Shown: in pieces, positions 25,144-40,790 of the stretch
Numbering within the stretch: the first letter of the stretch is position 1
How the letters are laid out: every line of letters starts with the position of its first letter
NCBI GenBank assembly: GCA_016748015.1
Contig: JAAOMT010000289.1
Location: 693,639 to 757,638, forward strand
DNA: 64,000 bases
Reading direction: 5' to 3'
Source of the DNA: Geosiphon pyriformis uo1
Taxonomy: Eukaryota; Fungi; Glomeromycota
Made by a program: the position numbers and the translations under genes
Notes under the pieces: generated by a model
The model's database searches: none
Told to the model about the DNA's origin: nothing
Seen by the model: the letters and a program-made list of their open reading frames with translations, nothing else

Positions 25144-27821
25144 TCAATCAAGAGAAATAACGGTTTGCGGACCATATTCCGTCATTATTATTTCATCATC
25201 GGGAACAATAATTTCAGAATCTAGTTGAACCCTCTTTAATGCCGAAGAAGTCTCTTCAAGCTCCGCATATGCTTCGAGTTTTCGCTTTAAAGTGGGAGCT
25301 GGCTTGAAATCTTGATCTTTCGTATTTGGGGAGCTAATGCCCAAGACTTCACCTTCGATCTCATACCAATCATTAGGTGAATTAAAACTTTCCCTATTAA
25401 AAAGATTTTTATGATAAAGCGCCGGGTGAAAAATCAAATTATGTCAGAATTTAGAAATTTTTACCTGTGAGAAATAGCAAAAATGGCAGGCTCGTGGTTA
25501 CTCTGGTCTTCTTCAGATGTCACCCTTATTAGCTTACCATCAGTTATTTTCAATTGTTCAAACGTTACATCTAAATTGTCATCATATTCAACATCATACA
25601 ATAAACTAAAAAGGTGTAATAGGAAAATGTATCAAGTGAATAAGAAATTAGAATTAATTTCTTTAAACATCCTCTACCTTGCACCTTCCTCAACGGTTAC
25701 ATCCCCGTAATCTAATCCGCCAATATTGTGATTACAAAGGATTTTCTCGACGAAGTCTCGAAGAGTTGCCACTTTTGTATTAATCTTTAAAATGAAATGA
25801 CTATTCCTGCAAACTGCACAATTAAGATTGGGCGTCTTCAAAGATTCAGATGGCAGGAGATTAGGACGCCTTACTCCATCCAAATAGATCTAAAACATTA
25901 GAGGAAGATGAAAATTGAAATATTTTTGAAGGAGGTTTTTATTTTAATTGCTTCTGTTACCGTTTTACATTCATCCAAACGGCCTTTAAGAATATTAAAT
26001 GACTGGATGACGATTATTCCAGCGATAACGGCATTCGTGGTTGCAATTGCAGGGATTATATTTCCCGCCATTGCTTCATTTCAGTTTATATCAAAGTTAG
26101 CACGTTAAATTATCATGCAATGGCAAAACGAAAGAATAAATGATCGACCTTTTACTTGAAATATTGATTTTTCCTCTATTCCAAAAATTCTAGCTCTGAG
26201 ATTGGATGTAGCGGTTACAAAATTCAGCGCATCAGAATCATCTTTATCAAATGAGAGCAAAGCGTCGGGTTTGATTTTTTGTTCTTCTAGTAGCCTTGCA
26301 CTTAAACTTTTTAGGCTAGGAGATAACACGCGTAAGCCTTATTTGCCATATAGAAAACGGGATTGGGTACAAGCCTGAGAAAACAACTAACCTTCTTATG
26401 AATACATCAAAATTTTCTCTCAAGCTCCACGTTCGCTGATTTTTGAGTGTGTTGCTATCATTTGTTTCTATTTCGTCTTCCCCTTCGCAAGGGATTTGTT
26501 CGAGATCCTCGTATTTTAAAGGTACAGGCCGTTGACGCGTTTTCCACATGTCTTCCATCATTAGAAGTCGTTGGATGTCCTCAGTGAATACTTTTTGAAA
26601 TACTTTCCGAGGATATTCAGAGGTGCCCATAGCTAATCTAATCTGTTTTAATGCTTCAGTCTCTTCCCTGAGATTTTCTATTTCTTCGGCTGATAGAAAA
26701 TAAATATTTAACATATTTATGCATAGGAAAAGTCAAGATAAAAAAAATTGGCTACCATTTTCACTGTTGCTCTCTTGAATTGGTGAGTCTTCTTCTTCTT
26801 CAGATATGCCAAATAATTGACTTCATTTTGAAATGATCACCCGCACATTAGTAGAGGAGTTCATTATAAATAACAAGAAATGGGATTGATTAAATGAATC
26901 AAGTAAAAATTTTCACCTGAAAAGATAACTTTTAGCCCAAACGATACAATGAATTGGACTAATCGGAGTACTACGAATAGTGCAAACAGCATAGGTTTTC
27001 CGCATTGGCTTTGGCTGGCAGTCGTAGCATTCTGTCATGTCCTGGAGGATTCGTTGATAGTGTCAATAAAAATCAATTTATTTGGGAATAAGACTTGATT
27101 GAAGTTCACCTTTTTGATAACGGTCACTTGCCCCAAATACCCTTCCGTTCCTGATTCTACAAGAGGGACATTGGCAGCCAAACACATACTGTTCACATAC
27201 CTTCTTGCCTCTGTCACATAAATGCAGAAAAAAATCGTTATTTGTGATGAATCATATTAGTTCCAAAGCTCTATCTAAATAAAGCAGTACCTACCAAGGT
27301 TATCCAGTGCATTCATCACAATATTAAATCGCTTAAACCAATCAACATTAAATTGAGGGTCTTTGATGTTGGCATGATGTGATATTATTTCGACGTTAGG
27401 GTTAAATTTCAAAGCGGATTCTTTGGCCACCTAAAAATTGAGAGGGATTAAGAGTTTGAAAAGAAAACGCGTAAACGGAGCTTATATCTTAAGAGAAACT
27501 TGCGTGTGCTTTGGACTTTTTTATGTGTTGCTTTTGAAATAAAAACTGACGGTTAAGGTTTGAGAGGTCGATGGTGTCAAGGTCAACCTGTTAAATGAAA
27601 GAGACATATAGTTGAGTATTGAGGTTTGCATAGGTTTTCATCCTTGCATAAGGTAAAAGTTTGGAACATGCCAATTCTATCAGTCGAAAACCTGAGAGTA
27701 CTAAGTTCTTCAATAATTCACAACCGATTCCGCCTGCCCCCACCACCAAAACGCGGCTAGTTAATACTATTTCATATAAAGAAGGCCCTAGAATGTTTTC
27801 TATGTGGGAATTACGCGACAT
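25144..27821 (-). CDS. UBA2: SUMO-activating enzyme E1 subunit Uba2/SAE2 (12 exons)
   Basis: [62 protein letters not shown] (catalytic Cys)..[23 protein letters not shown]. Introns 1 and 2 are GC-AG. Confidence 0.96.
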
Positions 27822-29911
27822 TATTTCAAAAAAGATTTAAAAACTAAGGTTTTAAAGTTCTCTGAACGAAATAAGGGACACTTTTGATATATAAAGACAG
27901 TTAGAGATTAACTTTAATGCTTTAAGGTGAGCCAAAGCCCATGCTAAAAGGATTCATATTATCCGATTTATCGTAAACCTGGCCAATTGACAATAATTCC
28001 ATTTTGTTCATTGGACAAACTCATTACGCGGAGGAACTTTAATAAAAATTTATCCAATAAAATTTGACTTGAAATCATTTGGAAAACTATTTTTTAAAGC
28101 TTAGAATTATAACATACTTTTACATAATTTGACCTGGATGGTTCACAATTTAATAACTGATGTTAATAAAAATTATAAAATTGGCATTTGATTAAAAAAA
28201 TAAATATTTGAATAAAATTTCTAGGAATAATTAGTATTTTTTCTGATAATAAAAATAACTAGAGAAACAATTTTTTAGACAATTACTACACAAAAGAATT
28301 GAAACATTTCTTGTATTTCAAATTTAGTTAACACCAAAGCTATATAACGATCAGGGATATATATATCTCAAAGACCTCAATAAATCATTTTTCTTTTGAT
28401 AAAGGAAATTCAAATTGATATGGATTTATTTTCATTATTAATATCCATGGTTAATACCACATATTAATCGTAGAGAGAAAATTTTTTGTCCTTATTCAAT
28501 CAAATTTCTGAAATGCAGCCTTGTTGAAATGTGGGCGAATTTCTTCCTAACCTAATCCGAGTAGGTCCTAATTGAAAGATTACCATGCCAATATAGTTGA
28601 CCGAAAAAATATTTTAAATTAAATTTCTGTTACGAAAAAAGGGAGTTGATACAAAAATTCATCATCGGCGATGAGATATTCATGAAACAGAATTACACTT
28701 AAAGAAACCTGTAAACATTGGATTAAAATAATAGGACGGATCTAAAAAAGATTTCAAAAGTCTTCATGAAATGGGTTACAGATTCAAAATATGGAAATAA
28801 TATCTGGAAATTAGATCAATATCAAATAGATACATCCAAATTCAGTATTTGCCAGCAAAAGCAAAAAAACTCATGTTAAATAGAAGCCCGGGACTAGGTA
28901 ATTGTAGAGATATTGTTGGAACTAGTAATCCTTATTGTTTATTTTGACTATGGAACACTTGGCCTCCCGCAAAAATCATTTTGAAGATAAGAGGGAAATC
29001 ATTCAATATTTTTTATCAACTGAAATGATGAATCAATAATATCTAGAGACTCGAGTATGAGATATAGGAAATACCGGAATTTATGTTGACAGCTTTTATA
29101 TCATCACAATTGTAGCAGATTTTCATTCCTTTTGGGCTTTAAGCTATAACGCAAGGTGGTGGCATATTACTGTAAGATAGTTCTGTTTGGGATTAAGCCA
29201 TCAATTCGGATTTTGAATCCGCCGCGATTAGCCTTACATCTTTCCCATCGAGCCAATTCCGATTTCAGAACATAGGTATTTTTACTCCACACGTGATAAA
29301 AATCTTGATCTTGAAGAAAATTGTCCTTTGCTTTAGAAATTATCGAAGAGACAACTGACGAATTTGGAGAATAAACAAATACTGTAATATTATCGCTTGC
29401 CTCTTTGATCTTTTTAAAAGAAATGAGATTTCGTCAGCTTGGAGCCATGAATAAAATGACGAATAAATATGCTCGTCAAGGGTGGATCTCTTTATGTTTC
29501 GGTTTTCCTTTACTTATCAATGTTTCCTTTTGAATGATTAAATGTCAGTTTTCTCAAACACATGAGGCTTTAACAGAGACCCAAAGTCCTGGAAGACAAA
29601 TACTTACAAATAAAATCCCATTCTCTCTTTTTCCATTATTGACTAATTTTGTAAATGAAAATATAATTTTGATTTTACCAGCTAAGTGGTTTAAAAAACG
29701 CGTACAGTTCTACTCGAAAGTATGATATCATTCGTTGAGTTAGAATGAATCATCATTCGATCATGAGTCATTTTGATCTATGTTTGATGACAAAAAGTTT
29801 TTATTATTAAGACTCCGCGAACTTATTTCAATTAATACAATTACCCCTATACTTTTTATCTTTTATATTACTTTTCCCTTAATTGTACTTTTGTTTTTAC
29901 TATAGAATATA

Positions 29912-32960
<3,049 letters not shown>

Positions 32961-33399
32961 AATCAACAATAAATGAATTGAAATACTATCCTTTAAATAC
33001 TAACAGCGAACATTCTGTAGCATTAGCAGATAGCTGCCTTTAGTACCTCATTTGGAAGATTACAAATTACCGGTTTTTTTAAAAGAATGATTCCATTATT
33101 TGCGTAAAATGTTTTTAAAAGTATTGCCCCAATCCATAATGAGGCTTAAATTTGCCAGTTTTTTAAAATTGGCAAGTTAATAAATAAAATTTTACCAACT
33201 TGAATCTTGAAATAATGTATCAATAAAAGTTGATCTTAATTTTAATGTGTTAAAATTTAGCAATGTTCAAGTTCGATTTTTAATTATTTTTTTAAATAAA
33301 TATTGATAATTGGTTTTAATTAGTTATATATAATTAAATAAAAATAAGTTTCTTCTACATCTTAAATTTCCTGAAAAAGTTATTTTTGAAGAATAAGTT

Positions 33400-35530
33400 T
33401 TTTCTTTGTTATAATCTTTCAATATTCAGTTCAATATTTTTATACTTTTTTTGTTCAAATACAAGGCTGTTGTCAAGTTTACTGTTGTTATAGATGTTAA
33501 TAAAAGTAATAAAAATTTGGACTTTGATTTTGCTGGTAAAATTTTTTCTTTACAAAAGAAATAAAAAAAGATTTTTTTTCTCAAGCTTGATAACAATAGT
33601 GCTGGCTTTTTTTCCAGTAAGTAATTTAAGTAATATTAATACTAACAATACAACAAAAACAGAAAGTATTAATATGAATAAACAATATTTAATAAAAAAA
33701 ACTATTTTTAACAATAATAATAGTAGCAACATAAAAACAAAGAATATAAGTACTATTTTAAAAACATCTAAAGTTAAAACTTATATGATAATTACAAAGT
33801 TTTTGGGCAAAATTAATTTTAATAATATTGGTAAAAATTTTAATGTTTTTTTTGTTTTTTTTTAAGATCAAAATAAATATATTTGTTAAAAAATTTTTTA
33901 TCTTAAATATTAATCTTTTAGTTATTATTAGTGTATTATTTTAAGATAAATTAAAAGCAATTAAAAATTTGTTTTTAAATATAAATAGTTTTAAAAAATA
34001 TTTATTTTTTTAAAGTTTAATATTATTATTTGTGTTATTTTTATATTTAAATTTAAAATAATAAAAGCTGTAAATATAATAAATAACAATAATATAATAG
34101 TAAATATAATATTAAAAAACTAATAAATAATTATACATATTAAGTTGTAATATTTAAAAATATTTTTGTAAAAATATTAATAAAAATTATATATATTATA
34201 TTATTTAATTTTAAAAATATTAAGTTAATTAAAATACAATTGATAAAACTATAACAAAAAACATTAATTAAATTTAATAATTAAAACCAAGTTAATTTTT
34301 TAGCATCTAAATAGTTTATTTTAATTGAAAAAAATACAATTTAAATAATTAAAACCAATATTAACAAATTATAAAATTTAAAAAATGCTTATAAGATTTT
34401 GTTTTATACTTTATCTATAAATATAATTATATATAATCTGTAAAAAATTTTGAAATTTATTGGTAAAAAAACTTGTATAATTAATTATTATTTAGTTTTT
34501 TATGCTTATACAAAATATTTTATTGTTTATTTCAAATTAAAAATATATTTTGGCAAATTATAAGTTATTTTTATAAATTATTAAATATTTTGTTGATTTT
34601 TTAATATTTTAATAAATTTTTAAATATTATATAGTATAAAATATTATATAATTTAAAATATTATATAATCTAATTATATTTTTGTATTATATAAATTAAG
34701 TTATTAATTAGATAATAATATTTAATAATTTGATAAAATAATATATAATAAATTAAAACAATAATATATAATAATTAATAATAAAAATTATAATTTTATG
34801 TTAATTAATAATTCAAAGTTTTATTAATAATAATAATTTTAAATAAACAGTTTTTTTTATTTAATATTTACTTTTTTATAAGATATTATTAAATATAAAT
34901 TACAGTTAAGTTTTGTTTCTAAAAATCTATATTATAAATAAAATATATAATTAAAAAAAACTTAAAATTAAAAACTAATCTGCTAAAAATTTTTCTAAAT
35001 AAAACTTTATATTTTTCTTTTTTATATAGCTTAAAATCTTTAACCAAATATATTTAAAAATAAAATTATGTTAATATTGGCTTTTTTAAATGTTTTTAAT
35101 ATTCTTAAATATTTGTTTAATTAATAGATTTTAAATTTACAAATTATTAATTAAATTTTAAAAAATTTATTATAATATTCTGTTAAGTTATTATATATAA
35201 ATTTTTAATTTATTGAAAATTAACAACAACTTTAAATTAGTTTTCAAAAAACAATTTGTACTTAGACTTTTTATAATCTTGGTTATCAGTAATTCTAGCT
35301 TAAAAATTTTTGATAATTGTTTGTTCTTTGGATATTTGTATTTACTAAACCAATATTTAGAAAAAACTTTATTAGCAGAATCTACTACTATCTTTTTTAA
35401 AATTTTTTATATTATATTTAGATTTTTACAGTTTTTTGTATTATTGAATTTTGCTATATTTAATAAAAACTTTTTTAAAAAACACTTCTTAAATTATAAC
35501 TACTTAGCAGCATTACATCTTTAATTTTAA
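33400..35530 (+). mobile_element. Extremely decayed LINE-like ORF1 relic
   Basis: Very low GC. Residual codon-like relic (e.g. NTTKTESINMNKQYLIKKTIF) resembles recalled LINE ORF1 sequences. Confidence 0.45.
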
Positions 35531-36195
35531 ATTTTTATTTATTTTTGTTGGCTTCTTTGTGTATACTATTCAGTCAGACATCTAAAAAACTATTCAAACC
35601 AATTAAAACCAAAACTGTCTTATAATTAGTATTAAAAAAGTCAAAAACAGAATTAATTCTATAACCAGCAACAGTAAACAATAAATTTTTATTAACAAAA
35701 ATGCAATTTATGACTTTTTTGACTTCTCTTAAGTTGCTCTAAGTAAAGACTTTAATTAATAAATATCTGTTAAATGAATTAACCAAACTTAAATCCAAAC
35801 AAAACTTGAAACTCACATTTTTTTTAGATTTGTTTTTATTGAAATTCCTACCCAAAACCATAAAAGTGCTAGAATTAACTGCTTTAGCAATAAGAAAGTT
35901 GATTTTTACAGTTTGACCAAACTTAATTTCAGAAAAAGCAGCATATAAATCCAAAATTGTAACTAAAAGCTTGTTTTTAAAGAGAAGCCATACTAAAATA
36001 ACCTAATCCAAAACTTTTTTTATTTTAAAAACATGCCAAGCCAGAAAATTATTTATAATAATAGCCACTTTAGTGCCAAAAAAACTTTTATCTAAACCAG
36101 ACATAAAGATTTACACTTTATTAAACTTATTTATAACTTATAACTTAGTATTAAATTTTAACTTTGTTTTAATAATAATAAAAATTATATTACTC
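35530..36195 (-). mobile_element. LINE ORF2 AP-endonuclease fragment, interrupted by LTR element A
   Basis: ORF 35739-35954 LIAKAVNSSTFMVLGRNFN is the APE GGDFN motif after G>A changes. Upstream relic of the GVAII motif. Confidence 0.65.
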
Positions 36196-36865
36196 TGTTA
36201 TCAGTAGAATTTAGCTATTAATTAGCATGAAATTACTCTCATAATTTCTATTATTAATTAGCATACATTATTATTTATTTCAATTATCATTTATTATTTA
36301 ATTAAATTATCAAATATTATTACTCAATCAATAATTCAATTTGTACTCTAGAAATTAAAATAATCAAATTACACAATACTTTGAATCATTTAACATAGTC
36401 AAAATTCGCCGAAATTAATGAAAATTGGCCGAAATAATCAATAGTTCAGTGAAATAACTTGTAGTTTGCCGAAATGTATCTTTAGTTTACCCAAATTATA
36501 GCAAAGAGAAAAGTGCAAGTTCAAAGACTAGTACTACAGCAAATTTTATAAAAAAAGAGCTTCTCTTTTCAAGAAAATATATCTTCTTATAGTATCTTAC
36601 CATAGCATCCTACTTTAAATATCTTAATTGAAACAAATCACCTTTTACACATTCAAATAAAAATTAAAATATTCAAAAACCAAATCCTTAAATTATTACA
36701 CTTGAAATTCTCTCAACACAACTAACATTTTGAAATTGATTAGCTACCAATTTCAATAATTTGTTAGTGACTCCAGGCCTGAATAAAAAACGTTTCTTTT
36801 AACAGAATTCTATTTCTTTTACATTTTTTTTCTTTTTCTTTTCTTTTTTTATCATAATCATTTGG

Positions 36866-38077
36866 TGTTACAAATGATTATTTGGGGTCTCAAGTCAAAT
36901 AACAAATCTGTAACTTGGTGCTTGGTTGGTATTCTGGTGTTGATATCTGAAGGTTTTGTTGTAGAGTTCTTTGTATAATGAACAGAGATTTAATAGTTGT
37001 TTTCAGTAGCCTCCTAGAATTGTAATTCCATCAAATTTCTTTCTCAGTGTGGTGGCTGGTAATCTTGGCAGAGATGCCCTTCTGGTAAGCTATCCTTAAA
37101 TTCTCAATTCTTATACTCTTTCTTTGGGGTCTTTTACCAGACTATTTTTGATGTCAATAACTCAGCACTTAATCTTTAATCAGTTTTAGTAAAACCAAAG
37201 AAATAACAAAAAAAAATAAAAAAAAATTAAAGAAATGAATGAAAGCAATTGCAAGTTAGTATTCCATCAATAACTATGATCAAGAGCTATTGTTTCAGTG
37301 TAGTTAAGTATCAAATACTATCAACATAAAGTGTTGATAGTGAAGAATGGATTGAGATAGTAAATAATTATTTATTGATATTTGTGATATGGAAGGTTTC
37401 TAACTGATGAATTCTTTTTTTTTTTGTATTTTTAATAATTATGATTTGCAAGTCTAATTGATTTTATGAGTCTAATTGACTCCATGAATTAATTGACTTT
37501 GAGTCTCCTTGACTAATTTTCTAACTTCTAATACTACTGCTATATATACATAATTTAAGTTCTATGAGATTGCTTACATTCCCGAGCAATGTGCCATGAT
37601 TTCTGACATTGCTCCACATTGCTAAGCAATGTGCCTGTAATTTCTGACAATGTGCTTATTGCTAAACANNNNNNNNNNNNNNNNNNNNTTTTTTTTTTTG
37701 TATTTTTAATAATTATGATTTGCAAGTCTAATTGATTTTATGAGTCTAATTGACTCCATGAATTAATTGACTTTGAGTCTCCTTGACTAATTTTCTAACT
37801 TCTAATACTACTGCTATATATACATAATTTAAGTTCTATGAGATTGCTTACATTCCCGAGCAATGTGCCATGATTTCTGACATTGCTCCACATTGCTAAG
37901 CAATGTGCCTGTAATTTCTGACAATGTGCTTATTGCTAAACAAGATGCTGTAATTCTCTGACAATGCTTCACATTGCTGAGCAATATGCTTACATGCTGA
38001 ATACTATTTTCTTATTGGTTTATTTTCTCTATCTGTTTTTCCTATTATTTTTTTGTATTCTTTTTCTATGAGTAATA
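36866..38077 (-). mobile_element. Solo LTR inserted in the LTR of element A (TSD TTGG)
   Basis: TGTTACA..AGTAATA termini, similarity to B LTRs including the ACATTGCTNAGCAATGT repeats, and TTGG on both flanks. Includes a gap-associated duplicate. Confidence 0.88.
37689..37942. other. Exact copy of 37415-37668 across a 20-N gap; assembly overlap
   Basis: Identical 254 bp on either side of Ns at 37669-37688. Confidence 0.9.
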
Positions 38078-40013
38078 TTGGGTAACCTACAGACAAGATT
38101 CCTGTAGAAGAGTTGACTTTCACAAACAAAGTAACTACATATTTTTAGTGAGCTTTTAGACAAGCAATTTCTGAGAAAGAGTTGATATTTACTATAACGT
38201 AACTACATAAAAATAACTGGCACAAAATTGGCCATTTCACTCATAAGCCCAGCAGTTCAAATTATAAGAGATAATTTGAAGATAAATTCAGTTATTGGAG
38301 GTTCAATTGCTTTTAGAAAACGTAAAAGTAACAACAGACAAACAGTAAGAACATTCAAAAAAAGAGACCAAAAACCTTTGGTAACATTTGGTGCTTTCCC
38401 ATAGAAATAACACAGCAATAACAACTTCAAAGTAGTGACCACACTAGACACAACAACTCTAGAGTATTATCAGTCAATTTATACCCATTGCAAGCAAAGA
38501 TTCAACATTCCAGACGGAATTGAAATTTTTAAGAAGATACTTTACCAGTATATTGAAAACCACATCAACAATTATCTTCTTGGAGATTACAACATTTCAG
38601 AAGTTAGAAGCAATCTTTACAATAATTTAGTGCACTATTCACAGTTGAGAACTGAAGACCTTAACAGTGAAACACTTGCCACTTACTTCTAAGAACTTAA
38701 TTTTAACATTATCAAGTATTGTGAAGAAACATATCCAGTACAGTTTAAATACTTTATTGACTTTAAATCAGAAACAGAAACAAGCAACAAAGACAAACAA
38801 AAATTGAAACAACACTCAAATATCATCTCAAATACTCCAAAGACATTAAAGACAACTATTAAACACTTACAAACACCCAAACAAAGAACTAGTATCAAAT
38901 TACCACTTTCTATTACACCATTTCCAATTTTATTTGCTCGATCACAAATGCCGAATTCACTACTTAACTATTTTTCCAGACCAGAAGATTATTAGTCACC
39001 TAAAAATCCTATTCAACAGCAGAAACCCATATCAACAAGCACCAATATTATTAATTACTTACAGAAAAACGAAAGTAATCATTTAGAAAACTTGGAAAGT
39101 AAAGAAACTAAATCAGAACAAGAAGAAACCACAGAAAATGAAAAAGAAATGGCAACTGCTTATATTGCAAAGATTCCAAAATTCACTGATGAAAACAATA
39201 ATATCAGTTTTCAAAAATGACTTGACAAAGTTCAAAAAGCAGGAGATGCAAATAGTTGGAATACTGCAAGAATGCTCAAAGCAATTTCATATTTTCTCCA
39301 AAGAACTGCAAGAGAATGGTTTAAAAACTTAAAAGAACTATTTAGAAACTGGCAAGCATTTAAAGATGCTTTCTTACAACAATTTACTAACAATAATACC
39401 TCTATCACTCTCTAAAATCACTTTTACAATATCAAACAAGAAACATCTGAAACTGTTATGACTTATCTTGGAAGATTCAACAAACTTTTTTGACAAATTT
39501 AACAATTGGAAACCAATGAATACTATTTCAATGTCCAGATTTTAGATCAGTTTATAGCAGAATTAAAAAACAAATTGATCAAAAAAATTTACCCACATGT
39601 CCCAAAAGACTTAGCAACAGTCATTAGACATGCAAAAAACTACAAAATGGCAATAAAAGAAATAAACCATACCAAATTTGTGAATCTTGCTATTAGAGAA
39701 ACCAGCTCAGCAGCTAAAAAAAAAATTGACCAACTTACAAAGAAAGTTGAAAACTATTTTACTAACCAGCAACAACAGTAACAACCACAAAAATATCAGT
39801 CACCACAATAATGAAACCAAACCAACTACTTATCATTATCAAACAGTCAAAACCAAAGTTGTTATTATTGTAAGATTTTAGGACATTGGAAATGAGATTG
39901 CAGAAAGCTACAAAGAAACCAACAAAACAAGAGTAATCAGTGTTACTCTTCAACACAGCAATCTTATTACCAGTCTCTACTACCAGCCTACTATTATTTA
40001 AGACTCCAACAGT

Positions 40014-40771
40014 TGTTACTCATAAAAAGAAAACAGATATAGAAAATAGCAGACCAATAAGAGAATAGTATTTAGCATGTGAGCACATTGCTCAGCAATG
40101 TGAAGCAATGTCAGAAATCATGGCACATTGCTCAAGAAATCAAAGCACATTACTTGAAAATGTAAACAATCTCGTAGAACATCAATTATGTATATATAGC
40201 AGTAATTTTAGAAGTAAAAAGAACAGAATCCTTTAGTTAGAAATCTTCTATTCACAAATATTAAATAAATAAATCATTCACCATCCAAATCCACTCTCCA
40301 TTATCAACACTTTATGTTGATAGTAATTGATACTTAACCATGCTAGAACAATAGCTCTTAATCATGGCTATTGACGAGATACTAACTTGCATATCACCTT
40401 GGCTCATTTTTTTATTTTTTTTTATTTTTATTTTTTTATTTTTATTGTTGAATATTAACTGATTAAGAATTAAAGCACTGAGTAATTGATGTTATGGATA
40501 GCCTAGTAAAAGACCTAGAAATAAGGGTAAATTATATATATATTAACGGATAGCTTACTAGAAGAGCATAACTGCCAGAATAAATCAGCCACTAAGCTAA
40601 AAACAGAAATTGGGAACACAACTCACCAACCAACTACATCATCATTGAATCTCTGTTCATTATACAAAAAACTCCATAACAAAACCTTCAGATAAAACAA
40701 CATTATATTAATTAAGCACCAAGTTATGGGTTTGTTATTTGATTTAAGACCCTAAATAATCATCTGTAACA
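40014..40771 (+). repeat. 5' LTR of element B
   Basis: TGTTAC..GTAACA; aligns with 49136-49997. Confidence 0.93.
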
Positions 40772-40790
40772 TTTGGTGCTTCCTGTGAGA
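40772..40790 (+). promoter_or_regulatory. Primer binding site (tRNA ending ..AGCACCA; elongator Met or Ile-UAU type, unresolved)
   Basis: TTTGGTGCTTCCTGTGAG directly after the LTR. Equivalent sites at 38387 (+) and 61876-61894 (-). Confidence 0.8.

Noticed and set aside
27900-29900. Hidden gene or ncRNA between UBA2 and SSC1, including ORF 29534-29725
   Set aside because: No recognisable protein motif, consistent exon chain or RNA family; left unannotated.
37415-37942. Tandem duplication inside the solo LTR
   Set aside because: Exact copy on either side of an N gap in a region where true copies are heavily mutated; assembly artefact.
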